A DNA stretch of 64,000 nt from a bacterium (GCA_963674965.2 CAXXFL010000001.1:384001-448000); one strand, 5' to 3'. Positions 9,906 through 20,264 are shown, counted from the stretch's first letter. Numbers and translations are program-made. The notes: a model not told the origin generated them from the letters alone.

Positions 9906-10868
9906 ATGACCAAGCAATCGGATATGCCGGACCTCGGTTCGGTGGTCGAACGCATGAGGGAGAAGTATCCAAACACTCCTGACCAGTTGATTCCCTTGTT
10001 GCAGTTCGTGCAAAGCGAGATGGGCTATTTGCCGATGGAGTCCATGAATTACATCGCCGAATACCTGAGGGTCCCTGCCAGCCACGTTTACGGCGTGGCC
10101 ACCTTTTACGCCCAGTTCCGTTTTTCTCCCCTCGGGAAGAACCGCATCACCGTATGCAGGGGGACCGCGTGCCACGTGCGCGGCGGCAAGAAGATCATCG
10201 AGGAAATATCCAAGACCCTCGGCGTCCAGGATGGAGAGACCACCGAGGACTTGTCCTTTTCCCTCGAGACGGTGGCCTGCGTCGGGTCCTGCGCCCTGGC
10301 GCCGGTGGTGGTCGTAAACGACAGGGTCCACGGCAAGGTCACGCCCAAGAAGATGAGGAATATCATCTATGAGCTGCAGGGCAGGAAAATCGAGGACCTC
10401 GAGGAAGCGGTAGAAGAGGCCCCCGAGGAAAAGAAGAAAGAGAAACCGGCGCCCGTCAAGAAGGCGCCTAAAAAGGCCGAACAAAAGCCGGCCGCCAAGG
10501 AGGCCGCGGAAGATGTTAAAAAAGCGGCCCCCAAAAAGGCCGTTAAAAAGGCCGCCAAGAAAGCCGCGAAAAAGGCGGTAAAGAAAGTCGTTAAAAAGAA
10601 AGCGGCGAAGAAGGCGGCCAAGAAAACCGCTAAAAAAGCCGCCGCTAAAAAAGCCGTAAAAAAGGCCTCGGCCAAAAAGGCGGTTAAGAAAGCGGCCAAA
10701 AAGGCGGCCCCTAAAAAAGCCGCCAAGAAAGCGGCAAAGAAGGCCGTTAAAAAAGCCGCGGCTAAAAAGCCCGCCGGGAAGGCCGTAAAGAAAGCCGCCG
10801 CTAAAAAGGCGGTCAAGAAGGCGGCCAAAAAGGCCGTAAAGAAAACGGCAAAAAGGCGGTCCAGGTAA
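9906..10868 (+). CDS. NuoE/HydC-like [2Fe-2S] subunit with a Lys/Ala-rich histone H1-like C-terminal tail
   Basis: VATFYAQF, VCRGTACHVRG, VACVGSCALAP, followed by about 140 aa of KKAA/KKAV repeats. Confidence 0.9.
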   Translation: MTKQSDMPDLGSVVERMREKYPNTPDQLIPLLQFVQSEMGYLPMESMNYIAEYLRVPASHVYGVATFYAQFRFSPLGKNRITVCRGTACHVRGGKKIIEEISKTLGVQDGETTEDLSFSLETVACVGSCALAPVVVVNDRVHGKVTPKKMRNIIYELQGRKIEDLEEAVEEAPEEKKKEKPAPVKKAPKKAEQKPAAKEAAEDVKKAAPKKAVKKAAKKAAKKAVKKVVKKKAAKKAAKKTAKKAAAKKAVKKASAKKAVKKAAKKAAPKKAAKKAAKKAVKKAAAKKPAGKAVKKAAAKKAVKKAAKKAVKKTAKRRSR

Positions 10869-10950
10869 GGCGCCGGGGAGCGGCGCCGCCGGGCGGCGGA
10901 AACTTACCGCTCCGTAACCTTTACAGGAAGTATATATCAGGGGAGTAGAC

Positions 10951-12828
10951 ATGGAAAAGATCGCTTCAATAAGTGAATTACAATCCCTTGCGGAAAAGAT
11001 TCGGGCCTCGCGCGACCCCAACCGGCCCATGGTCACCATCTGCGCGGGCACGGGCTGCCGCGCCAACGGCAGCATGGAACTGGCCGAGACCCTGGCCCGC
11101 GAGCTCAAGGCCCGCGACCTGGACGTCAAGGTCGAGATAAAACTGAGCGGCTGCCACGGACTTTGCCAAAAGGGACCGGTGGTGGTGGTCGATCCCCAGG
11201 GGATTTTCTATCAGGAAGTGGGAATCACGGACGTCGAGCGGGACGTAAAGGACATTATCGAGCAGACCATCGTCGGCGGCGAGTTGGTAAAGCGCCTGCT
11301 TTACAAGGACCCCAACACCAAGGAGAGGGTATCCAATTACAACGAGATTCCCTTTTACGCCCGCCAGATGCGAATCGCCCTTAAAAACAACGGCAAAATC
11401 GACCCGCGCAATATAGACGATTACATAGCGGTCGACGGTTACCAGGCCCTGGCCAAGGTACTTGCCATGGACCCCGAGGAAGTGATCGACTGGATGAAAC
11501 GCTCCGGGCTCCGGGGACGCGGAGGCGGGGGCTTTCCCACCGGCATGAAGTGGGGCTTCTGCCGCAACGCGCCCAACAAAACCATGCGGTACATCATCTG
11601 CAACGCCGACGAGGGAGACCCCGGCGCCTTCATGGACAGGTCCATTATGGAGGGTGACCCCCATTCCGTGCTCGAGGGCATGGCCATCGGCGCCTACGCC
11701 ATGTCAAAGGGAATATGCCCCACCGCCGGTTACATCTACATCCGGGCCGAGTACCCCCTGGCCGTCGAGAACGTGTCCGAGGCCATAAGGCAGGCCGAGG
11801 AAAGGGGCGTACTGGGCGACAATATCATGGGGACCGACTACAGCTTCCATATCAAGCTTAAAGAGGGCGCGGGCGCCTTCGTGTGCGGCGAGGAAACGGC
11901 CATGATGGCGTCCATCGAGGGAGACCGGGGCATGCCCCGTCCCCGCCCGCCTTTCCCGGCCAACAAGGGTCTCTTCGGCAAGCCCTCCAATATCAACAAC
12001 GTCGAGACCTGGGCCAACGTCCCGAAAATCATCCTGGGCGGACCCGACTGGTACGCTTCCATCGGCACGGAGAAGAGCAAGGGCACCAAGGTCTTCAGCC
12101 TGGTGGGCAAGGTCCAGAACTGCGGCCTGGTCGAGGTCCCCATGGGCATTTCCCTCAAGGAAATCATCTACGATATCGGCGGCGGCATCCCCGACAGGGG
12201 CGAGTATAAGGCGGCCCAGACCGGCGGCCCCTCCGGCGGCTGCCTTCCTATCGACATGCTCGACCTGCCCATCGACTTCGAGCACCTGGCCGAGGTCGGA
12301 TCGATTATGGGATCGGGCGGCCTGGTCGTCATGGACGACAAGACCTGCATGGTCGATATCGCCCGCTACTTTTTGACCTTCACCCAGGCCGAGAGCTGCG
12401 GAAAATGCACCCCCTGCCGGCTCGGGACCAAGGCCATGCTGGACATCCTCAACCGGATCACCAAGGGACAGGGAAAACCTGAGGATATCGACCTCCTCGA
12501 GGAGTTGGCCCACGCCATTAAAAGCGGGAGCCTTTGCGGACTGGGACAGACCGCGCCCAACCCCGTTTTAACCACGCTCAAGTATTTCCGCGACGAATAC
12601 GAAGCGCACGTGAACGACAAGAAATGTCCCGCCGGGGCCTGCGAGTCCCTGGTTACCTTCGTGATCGATCCTGAAACCTGCCGCGGATGCAGGGCCTGCG
12701 TCATGGCCTGCCCCACCGAGGCCATCTCGGGAGAGAAAAAACAGCCTCACGTGATCGACCAGGAAAAGTGTATCAGGTGCGGTTCCTGCCGCGACAAGTG
12801 CAAGTTCGGAGCAATCCTGGTCGCGTAA
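10951..12828 (+). CDS. NuoF/HydB-like NADH-binding flavoprotein with 2Fe-2S N-terminus and C-terminal 2x[4Fe-4S]
   Basis: SGLRGRGGGGFPTG, CNADEGDPGAFMDR, GAGAFVCGEETA, ESCGKCTPCR, two C-terminal CxxCxxCxxxC motifs. Confidence 0.93.
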   Translation: MEKIASISELQSLAEKIRASRDPNRPMVTICAGTGCRANGSMELAETLARELKARDLDVKVEIKLSGCHGLCQKGPVVVVDPQGIFYQEVGITDVERDVKDIIEQTIVGGELVKRLLYKDPNTKERVSNYNEIPFYARQMRIALKNNGKIDPRNIDDYIAVDGYQALAKVLAMDPEEVIDWMKRSGLRGRGGGGFPTGMKWGFCRNAPNKTMRYIICNADEGDPGAFMDRSIMEGDPHSVLEGMAIGAYAMSKGICPTAGYIYIRAEYPLAVENVSEAIRQAEERGVLGDNIMGTDYSFHIKLKEGAGAFVCGEETAMMASIEGDRGMPRPRPPFPANKGLFGKPSNINNVETWANVPKIILGGPDWYASIGTEKSKGTKVFSLVGKVQNCGLVEVPMGISLKEIIYDIGGGIPDRGEYKAAQTGGPSGGCLPIDMLDLPIDFEHLAEVGSIMGSGGLVVMDDKTCMVDIARYFLTFTQAESCGKCTPCRLGTKAMLDILNRITKGQGKPEDIDLLEELAHAIKSGSLCGLGQTAPNPVLTTLKYFRDEYEAHVNDKKCPAGACESLVTFVIDPETCRGCRACVMACPTEAISGEKKQPHVIDQEKCIRCGSCRDKCKFGAILVA

Positions 12829-12853
12829 AAAGTCACCTATGGATATCCATCTC

Positions 12854-12881
12854 GGGGAAGGCCATTGGCCTTCCCCTTTTT
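12854..12881 (+). terminator. Intrinsic terminator after the nuoEF-like pair
   Basis: GGGGAAGGCC-ATT-GGCCTTCCCC followed by TTTTT. Confidence 0.8.
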
Positions 12882-13027
12882 GTGGCAATTACGTCACGAA
12901 TCCGGCAAGTCTTCTGGTTACTGATATTTCGTGAATGTCTTTATATTACAATGACTAAAGCGCGTTGGAGCGATTTTTCGCCATTATTGAAGCACAGGAC
13001 AGTATCGGCAAAATTGCCTCTCGTCCA

Positions 13028-13056
13028 TTGACAGGACGGCGGCCTCATGGTAAATT
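13028..13056 (+). promoter_or_regulatory. Sigma-70 promoter of the nrpR-like gene
   Basis: TTGACA-N17-TAAATT; overlaps the ORF-track start, so the real start is probably ATG 13065. Confidence 0.65.
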
Positions 13057-13064
13057 TTACATCC

Positions 13065-14072
13065 ATGAACTCGAAAACCGAAAGAAAACAACTGGCAATA
13101 TTACGGATTATGCGCGACGCCAACCGTCCCGTCGGCAGCGGCAAGATAACCGAGCAACTCCGCGCCATGGGCTACGAGGCGAGCGAGCGCACGGTCAGGT
13201 ATTATCTTTTAGGCATGGACCAGGAAGGTCTCACGGACAACCAGGGCAAAAAAGGCCGCATGATAACTGAAAAGGGCTTAAGGGAACTCGATACGGCCCG
13301 GGTGATAGAAAAGGTCGGTTTCCTTGCCGCCAAGATAGACCAGATGACCTACCGGATGAGCTTCGACCTCAGCCGGAAAAGCGGCACGGTGATAGTGAAC
13401 GCGACGGTAATAGACAAGTCCAGGCTCCGCCAGGCGGCGCCTCTTTTTTCGCGCGTATTCGAGGCGGGCTACTCGATGGGCGAGATGATGGCCCTTTTCG
13501 ACTCGGGCCAAAGGGTGGGCGCCATCGAGATTCCGGACGGCTCGGTCGGCCTGGGCACGGTGTGCTCCATAACTTTAAACGGCGTACTCCTCGCCCACGG
13601 TATTCCCACTCACTCGAGGTTTGGAGGGCTGCTCGAGCTTATCGATAGAAAGCCCAGCCGTTTCGTCGAGATCATCACCTACGAGGGGACCAGCCTGGAC
13701 CCGCTCGAGGTTTTCATCCGCAGCGGGATGACGGACTACACGGGCGCGACCATGAACGGCACGGGCAAAATCGGCGTGGGTTTCCGCGAGGTTCCGGCCG
13801 AGAGCAGGGACGACGTTATCGACCTGGCTCAAAAGCTCGTCAATGTGGGCCTGGGCGGGTTCATGACCATCGGCTGGCCGGGCCAGCCCCTTCTCGAGGT
13901 CCCCGTGAACGAGGGCCGGGTGGGGGCCATCGTGATAGGCGGCCTTAATCCCTCGGCCATGCTGGAGGAAACATCCATCCACGTCAAGTCCAGGGCCCTG
14001 GCCGGATTCGTCGAGTATGAGGAGTTGTTCCCTTATTGGGAACTCAATGAAAGGATCGGGCGGCTTAACTGA
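13065..14072 (+). CDS. nrpR: NrpR-family (DUF128) transcriptional repressor
   Basis: N-terminal wHTH (SERTVRYYL), TVCSITLNGVLL, YEGTSLDPLEVFI, GGLNP motifs. Confidence 0.85.
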   Translation: MNSKTERKQLAILRIMRDANRPVGSGKITEQLRAMGYEASERTVRYYLLGMDQEGLTDNQGKKGRMITEKGLRELDTARVIEKVGFLAAKIDQMTYRMSFDLSRKSGTVIVNATVIDKSRLRQAAPLFSRVFEAGYSMGEMMALFDSGQRVGAIEIPDGSVGLGTVCSITLNGVLLAHGIPTHSRFGGLLELIDRKPSRFVEIITYEGTSLDPLEVFIRSGMTDYTGATMNGTGKIGVGFREVPAESRDDVIDLAQKLVNVGLGGFMTIGWPGQPLLEVPVNEGRVGAIVIGGLNPSAMLEETSIHVKSRALAGFVEYEELFPYWELNERIGRLN

Positions 14073-14077
14073 ACCGG

Positions 14078-14773
14078 TTAGATTTTTTCCGGTTCTATCG
14101 ACGTTATCTTGCCCGTGGTGATCTTTTTAAGGAAGGGAAGGAATATCGTATAAAGGGTCTTCTTGACTATTTCCTTGTATTCCTCGCCGCCGGGGTCCAT
14201 GCCCATGACTTGGGCCGTCGATACCCTCGAGCCCAGGTACACGAACAACACGGTTATAAAGGTGGTGTGATATATCATCACTTCTTCCTGGGGAACCCGT
14301 ATGGTGACTTCCCTTTCAAAGGCCAGCCTCGTGTCGGTAAACAACTGGATAAGCATCTCGATGCCCGGCAGTTTCTCGCCCCTTTCCACCTGGGTGATGT
14401 TGAGCATGATGGTCCTTAAAAGCTCGGGACGATAGAAGTGGAAGTTTAGTACCCGGTCGAGAAAGGTCTCGAGGCCCCGGTTGGTGGAGAGAAGGTTCAA
14501 TCCCACGTAGGCGCTCTCGTTGGCCTCGCGCATCTCCTGGCAGATTTCCCCCACCACGGCCTTGAAAAGGTCCGCCTTGGTGGGAAAATAATAATGCACC
14601 AGGGGAAACTCGAAACCGCCTTCCTTGCCTATCATCCTGATGCTGGCGGACTTATAGGGATGCTCGGAAAAAACCTTCCGCGCCGCGGTGAGTATTTTCC
14701 TCCTTGTCTTGTCGTCTCCCTTTTTCACGCCCTCGCGCTTGGAAGCGGCTTTTTTCTTCTTTTCATTGGCCAT
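14078..14773 (-). CDS. TetR/AcrR-family regulator
   Basis: TRRKILTAARKVFSEHPYKSASIRMIG...LVHYYFPTKADLF; start set at MANEKK, which has a GGAG RBS and a TTGACA-N17-TAAACT promoter at 14830-14802. Confidence 0.88.
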   Translation of the reverse strand: MANEKKKKAASKREGVKKGDDKTRRKILTAARKVFSEHPYKSASIRMIGKEGGFEFPLVHYYFPTKADLFKAVVGEICQEMREANESAYVGLNLLSTNRGLETFLDRVLNFHFYRPELLRTIMLNITQVERGEKLPGIEMLIQLFTDTRLAFEREVTIRVPQEEVMIYHTTFITVLFVYLGSRVSTAQVMGMDPGGEEYKEIVKKTLYTIFLPFLKKITTGKITSIEPEKI

Positions 14774-14988
14774 TATTTCGATCGTCTCCGGTGTTGCGGC
14801 CAGTTTAAATCCAAGACGCGACCGTGTCAAGTAACCGATACTCCAGAGGTTTTTATATTACGGCGATCGGGCCGGTCCGCCGGCGGACCTTTGGCCAGAC
14901 CTCAGCATGGTTGACCGGCGTAGGTTATGGAATATTCATCGGGCTCCATGGCTTGAGTGAAAGTTTTTTATCCAAATTCTTTAGGTGA

Positions 14989-15315
14989 GTTCCTGAGGCC
15001 GTCTCCGAAGACTCTCGGACCACCTCCGCCGTCAACGCCATGAGCGCCCCCGACTCCCGCCTGGTCATGAACTATACAGACGCCGAGCGCGCCCATAAAA
15101 AAATCACCCTGCTAAGGACCGCGCGCTGGTTTGGAGAGCCGGTCCGTTTCGGCTGGGACCCGGACCGACTCCCGTTATGGACGCGGGAACATGGCTTCAC
15201 CGTCCTCGCCGACCACTCCGACCTCGAACTCGCCGCCCGCTACTTCCCCCCGCCCCTCTCCACCAACTTCCCCAACCGAGGAGGCCACGTCGCTATCCTG
15301 GCCCCCAACGGGTAA
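14989..15315 (+). pseudogene. C-terminal fragment of an LCM/TIGR00027-like SAM-dependent methyltransferase
   Basis: PEAV...SAPDSRLVMNY...GEPVRFGWDP...HGFTVLAD resembles that family's C-terminus; in-frame stop at 14986 and no N-terminal SAM-binding part. Confidence 0.55.
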
Positions 15316-15378
15316 AATAATATGGACGTGTATGGCGAGAGGGTCGTGCGTTTCGCCCTCCGCTTTTATGGTCCGTTA

Positions 15379-17454
15379 TCACTCCCCACCGCGTTGGCCG
15401 TCCACCGCGTCTCCTTCAATCCTCTCGGTTTTGGGCTGAAGCGAGAGGAGAAAATCATAAACGGTATTATTTTCAGACTCGGCGACGTTTAAGGGGGTCC
15501 TGCCCAGGCTATCCTTTACGTTGAGGTCCGCCCCGGCGGCTATAAGCATCTTTACTATGTCTTTGGCGTCCATATCCGGATTAGCGTCCTGCACCCGGGT
15601 ATCATTAATATCACAGGCCCCTCCTCCTCTTTGTGTGCGGCCCGCCAAGTGAAGGGGAGTTTCATTATTATTATTTCTGGCAGAGGGGTCGGCCCCATTC
15701 TCGAGCAGCAGTTTAATGACTGACTTGAGGCCGTTTTCGGTCGCCAGGTGAAGAGGAGTATTACCGTCATCGTCCTTGGAGTCCACGCCCGCTCCCGCTT
15801 TAAGGAGCATCGCCGCGACGTCGACGAACCTGCTCGGGCTAAAAAGGTATCCGGGACGGTTGGACAAAGCTTTATGCAGGGGAGTTTTACTGACGTCATT
15901 CAACGCGTTCGCGTCAGCGCCGTTGTTGATTAACAGATCGACGACTTCGGCGTGGCCGTTACCCGCGGCGCCGTGGAGAGGCCTGGACCCGCCCATATTA
16001 ATGTAACCCAGTGAAGCCAGGCCATCGTAAATCTTTTCGTCGAAGTCGGGCGAATCGCATTTAGGGCTGAAGTTAACGTCGGCCCCTTGGCTGATGAGGT
16101 ATTCGCAGACGTCCTTATGGCCCCCGACGGCGGCGATGGATAAAGGCGTCTCACCGCAATAACCGCCGACGGCGTTTACGTCGGCTCCGCTTTCCACGAG
16201 ATATTTTACGACCTCCAGTCGGCCGGCGGCCGCGGCGTTATATAGAGGAGCGTATCTGATTCTTCCCTTTACGTTCGGCCCGTACATTTCCGTCAGTAGC
16301 TTTACTACCGCCATATGACCGTTTCCAGCCGCTTCCTGGAACGGCGAGTCTCCACCATCATTGAGGCTCCTCACGTCGGCCCCGCTTTCCAGAAGCAGTT
16401 TGACAATTTCCTTATGACCTTTTGAGGCGGCAAGAAAAAGGGGAGTGTTCATATAACTATCGTGCTCGTCAGAAGGAGCTCCTTTCCGTAACAACAGCCC
16501 CGCTACGGACAAGCTTCCACGTCTCGCGCATCGATGGAGAGGCGTATTACCGTCACCGTCGACGGCGTTTACTTTTCCTCCTTTTGCGATTAGTAACTCT
16601 GTAATTTTTTCATTGCCATGCTCGGCCGCGAGATGGAGGGGAGTGACGTTCTCAGTCCCGGGACAACCCTTGTCTTTTCGTTCCTGGATACTGCACTTGG
16701 CGTTCGGGTCCGCTCCATTTTCAAGCAAGACCTCCACCATTTCTAGGTCCCCTTTCGCTACGGCCACGTGTAGAAGGGTTTTATTTCCCTCAACGGTATC
16801 CGAGACCAAGACGGGTTTAGAGCGAAGGCTTTCATAGACCGCCTCTTTCCTCCCCAGACAGACGTCGGTGAATATGTCCGTTCTGGCTCCCTTGCTGAAA
16901 AGCAGATCAACCAATGCCATATGGCCGCAACAACACGCCCGTTTAATAGGGGTCATGCCTTGGCCATTTTCCGCGTTTAATTCCGCTTCTCTCTCCAGGA
17001 GCAACGAGGCAATATCAACTTGACCGTATCTTGCCGCCGTGTGTAGAGGCGTCCATCCATAGTCGGTTTTGGCGTTTACGTCCGCCCCGAGGTCGAGGAG
17101 AATCTCACATGTCTTTTTGTGGCCTCCGTATACGGCAAGATGCAAAGGAGTAGCGCCCTCGCATGTATCTCTGGCCGTCACGTCCGCTCCCCCCTCGATC
17201 AGCTTAACTAAAACGTCCTCCCTTCCCTCCATCGCGGCCTTGTGAATCGGAAACCTGCCGGGACGCTTGTCGCGTTTTGGAGCGGCGTCTCCGGTCTCAG
17301 GAGCCTTCGGATCGTTTTCTTCCGGCAATGAAGAGGCGGACCCTCTCGACGCGGGAGTTCCTTGAGTTTCCAGCCGACCGCCGTTATCCTCCAGGCAAGA
17401 CGCTTGCATTAATAGCGCCAAAACCAGTGGAGCGTGTACTTTCAGTTTATGCAT
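15379..17454 (-). CDS. Ankyrin-repeat protein, probable lipoprotein
   Basis: Many TPLHxAA...G...L.LL..GADVNA repeats; signal peptide ending LMQASC. Confidence 0.92.
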   Translation of the reverse strand: MHKLKVHAPLVLALLMQASCLEDNGGRLETQGTPASRGSASSLPEENDPKAPETGDAAPKRDKRPGRFPIHKAAMEGREDVLVKLIEGGADVTARDTCEGATPLHLAVYGGHKKTCEILLDLGADVNAKTDYGWTPLHTAARYGQVDIASLLLEREAELNAENGQGMTPIKRACCCGHMALVDLLFSKGARTDIFTDVCLGRKEAVYESLRSKPVLVSDTVEGNKTLLHVAVAKGDLEMVEVLLENGADPNAKCSIQERKDKGCPGTENVTPLHLAAEHGNEKITELLIAKGGKVNAVDGDGNTPLHRCARRGSLSVAGLLLRKGAPSDEHDSYMNTPLFLAASKGHKEIVKLLLESGADVRSLNDGGDSPFQEAAGNGHMAVVKLLTEMYGPNVKGRIRYAPLYNAAAAGRLEVVKYLVESGADVNAVGGYCGETPLSIAAVGGHKDVCEYLISQGADVNFSPKCDSPDFDEKIYDGLASLGYINMGGSRPLHGAAGNGHAEVVDLLINNGADANALNDVSKTPLHKALSNRPGYLFSPSRFVDVAAMLLKAGAGVDSKDDDGNTPLHLATENGLKSVIKLLLENGADPSARNNNNETPLHLAGRTQRGGGACDINDTRVQDANPDMDAKDIVKMLIAAGADLNVKDSLGRTPLNVAESENNTVYDFLLSLQPKTERIEGDAVDGQRGGE

Positions 17455-17629
17455 CCTGGCTCTCCTTAAATTGGGGTGTCTTTATGACCACCTTTATTCG
17501 CCATCCGTTCCGCTAGGCCGATGAAAAAGATATTCCTGATTTTTTTAATAAATGCCCTCTTAAAACCTTGGCCTCCCTAATCCGTTTGGACTATTATCTT
17601 GTTTATAAAAATCATCCAAGGGAGGAGAC

Positions 17630-18889
17630 ATGAAACACGCCCCGATAAAAGTAATGGCGCTTCTTTTAGCCCTGGCCTTTTTCCTAGTGCCGCCGGCGCG
17701 GGCCAGGATCAAGCTGGCGTCCCTGCCGGTCCGGGAGAAGGTGGAAATCCAGCTCGATAACGGCTCTTACACTCTGGTGGAGGAGGAAAGGATCGTGCCC
17801 CTTTTGGCCAGCTCGCCCGAGGCGGGCAACAACCAGGTGGACTTTTCCTGGTCCAACGCCTACATCGACAAGGACTCGATTCAGTTCCGGCCGCTGGCGA
17901 TCAGGGAGGGAGACAAGTTCCGTCCCATTAAAAAGGTCAAGGTGGACGGCGGGGAGACGGACGAGGTCGCCGTTATCAGCTCGTCATATCCGCCCGGCGA
18001 GAACGCCCTGTTCTGGGAGGTCTATTCCCACAAGGCCTGCGCCGTGAAGGTCCGCGTGAGCTACATAATCAGTAACCTCTCCCGCTCCTTCAGCTACCGG
18101 GCCATCGCGGACAAGGACGAGACGAAACTGACCCTCAAGAACTACATCAAGATCACGAACTACTCGGGCGAGGAGTACGGCGAGGCCATCGTCTGGGCCG
18201 GCTTCGGTGACGCCTACGACAAGGTGGTGGGCCAGGAGGAGGAAATCCAGATACTCCTCAGAAAGTTCGAGGAGACGCCCATTAAAAAGACCTACACCTA
18301 CGACTGGTACGTGAACGGGCCTTTAAGCGACGACAAGCCCTTCGCCTCCAAGGTACTCATGCATTACGTGCTGACCAACGCCAAGGACAACAAGCTGGGC
18401 GAGTATCCTCTTCCTCCGGGCAAGGTCCGGATTTTCATCGAGGACGGCCGCGGCGGCGAGGCCTTCCTGGGGGAGGACATGGCCAAGCTCACGCCCCTGG
18501 ACTCGGAAATGAAAATCTACCTGGGCGAGGCCAGGGACGTGGTCTGCACCAGGACCATCGAGTCCAATGAGCGCCACAAGGTAAAAGGGAACCTGCACGA
18601 CCAGGAGATAATCGTCAAGTACGAGATCGAGAACTTCAAGGACAAGCCGGCCAGGCTGGGAATTCTCGAGCGCCTTAACGACGTGGCCAGGGAATACTCG
18701 GGAAGCGCGCCCGGCGACGTGGAGTGGGAAAAGGGCAAGAAGACCTCGCGGGAGATAGACTTCGACATGAAGGAGGGGGGCTCGACGCCCACCCTTTTCG
18801 TGGACCTGCCGGCCCGGCCCAAGGGAAAAGACAAGGTCGAGAAGACGGTGGTCAAGTTCCACTTCACCCTGAAGAACCTGTGGAACTGA
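17630..18889 (+). CDS. Secreted DUF4139-like protein (copy 1)
   Basis: Signal peptide (PARA), LGEYPLPPGKVRIF, YEIENFKD; GGAGGAG RBS. Confidence 0.7.
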   Translation: MKHAPIKVMALLLALAFFLVPPARARIKLASLPVREKVEIQLDNGSYTLVEEERIVPLLASSPEAGNNQVDFSWSNAYIDKDSIQFRPLAIREGDKFRPIKKVKVDGGETDEVAVISSSYPPGENALFWEVYSHKACAVKVRVSYIISNLSRSFSYRAIADKDETKLTLKNYIKITNYSGEEYGEAIVWAGFGDAYDKVVGQEEEIQILLRKFEETPIKKTYTYDWYVNGPLSDDKPFASKVLMHYVLTNAKDNKLGEYPLPPGKVRIFIEDGRGGEAFLGEDMAKLTPLDSEMKIYLGEARDVVCTRTIESNERHKVKGNLHDQEIIVKYEIENFKDKPARLGILERLNDVAREYSGSAPGDVEWEKGKKTSREIDFDMKEGGSTPTLFVDLPARPKGKDKVEKTVVKFHFTLKNLWN

Positions 18890-18902
18890 AAGGAGCCCTG
18901 AA

Positions 18903-20249
18903 ATGAAACGCGCGCTAATCCTGATATTCGTCCTGCTGGCGGCCCTTCCCGCCGGCGCCAAGAACGTGGACCTGGTCACTTTGCCGGGCCGAAACTCGGT
19001 GCAGCTTACCATCTACAACTCCGAGGACATAACCCTGGTCAAGGAAACGAGATACGTGACCCTGAAGAAGGGACAAAACAAGCTCCAGTTCTCCTGGGCG
19101 GGAACCCTGATCGATCCGACCAGCGTTGACTTTCGGCCCCTCGAGAGGAAGTCCGAGGTCGAGCTTATCGACGCGGTCTTTCCCGGCCAGAAGCCCCAGC
19201 ACCTTATCTGGAACATCCAAAGCGAGTACGAGGGCCAGGTCAAGGTCGAGGTATCCTATTTTACCAGCGGCCTTACCTGGACCATGGACTACGTGGGCGT
19301 GGCGGACCCCGATGAAAAGGACCTGGACTTCAGGGGATACGTCAGGGTCTACAACCGGTCGGGCGAGGAATACGAGGACGCCCAGGTCAGGCTGATCGTG
19401 GGCAAGATCAACCTGGTCGACAAGATCGCGGACCTGGCCAGAAGCCGCGGATACGAGCCCCCGGCCCCCGCGTCCGAGGAGTATGAAATGCTCAAGGAGG
19501 AGGCGGCCCGGGACTCCTTCAGCCGGGCCGAGTCGGAGATGAGAAAAGCCAAGGTCATGGCCATGCCCTCGTCGGCCCCCAAGGGCGTGGTCAAGGAGGG
19601 CGTGTCGGAATACTTCATGTTCAGCGTGGACGGGACCGAGACTATCAAGGACGGCTGGTCCAAGCGCATGAGGGCCCTCAAGGCCGAGGGCGTGAAGATC
19701 GACGTGGTCTACAGGATGCGGGAATACCAGTACGGCTCGAGGCCGGTGAGGTTTTACGTCTGGAAGAACGACGAGGAACACAAGCTGGGCGATTCGCCCC
19801 TGCCGGACGGGACCATCCGGGTGTTCCGGGACAACGGCAAAGAGGGTCTTTCCTTCATGGCCGGCCAGAACGTCGAGTACGTGCCCATCATGGCCGACGT
19901 CGAGATCAACCTGGGCCACGACGACCTGGTGGTCTACGAGCCGAAAAAGATGGGCACCAAAAGGGACAGGTTCAGCTTCGACAAGTACGACAACGTGGAC
20001 GGCTACGACGAGACCCAGAAATGGGTGGACGCCGTCAGGAACTACAGGGATAAGCCCATTTTTATAGAGGTAAGAAAGACGCTTGGCGGCGACGTGGATT
20101 ACGAATCCGACGAGAAAACCGAGCTTTTCGACTACCGGACCACCGAGTGCAAGCTCACGGTCAAGGCCATGAAAACCATGGAATACGAGTATGAGCTGAC
20201 CTATCACAACGGGACCAATAAAAAACAGGACCGGATTAAAATTAAATAA
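18903..20249 (+). CDS. Secreted DUF4139-like protein (copy 2)
   Basis: Signal peptide (AGA), QLTIYNSEDITLVKETR, SYFTSGLTW, LGDSPLPDGTIRVF. Confidence 0.75.
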   Translation: MKRALILIFVLLAALPAGAKNVDLVTLPGRNSVQLTIYNSEDITLVKETRYVTLKKGQNKLQFSWAGTLIDPTSVDFRPLERKSEVELIDAVFPGQKPQHLIWNIQSEYEGQVKVEVSYFTSGLTWTMDYVGVADPDEKDLDFRGYVRVYNRSGEEYEDAQVRLIVGKINLVDKIADLARSRGYEPPAPASEEYEMLKEEAARDSFSRAESEMRKAKVMAMPSSAPKGVVKEGVSEYFMFSVDGTETIKDGWSKRMRALKAEGVKIDVVYRMREYQYGSRPVRFYVWKNDEEHKLGDSPLPDGTIRVFRDNGKEGLSFMAGQNVEYVPIMADVEINLGHDDLVVYEPKKMGTKRDRFSFDKYDNVDGYDETQKWVDAVRNYRDKPIFIEVRKTLGGDVDYESDEKTELFDYRTTECKLTVKAMKTMEYEYELTYHNGTNKKQDRIKIK

Positions 20250-20264
20250 GGCCCAAGGGGGCCG

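Noticed and set aside
9846-11129. Antisense ORFs with FL/AAF repeats (also 10367-10828)
   Set aside because: Mirror of the Lys/Ala tail codons on the coding strand.
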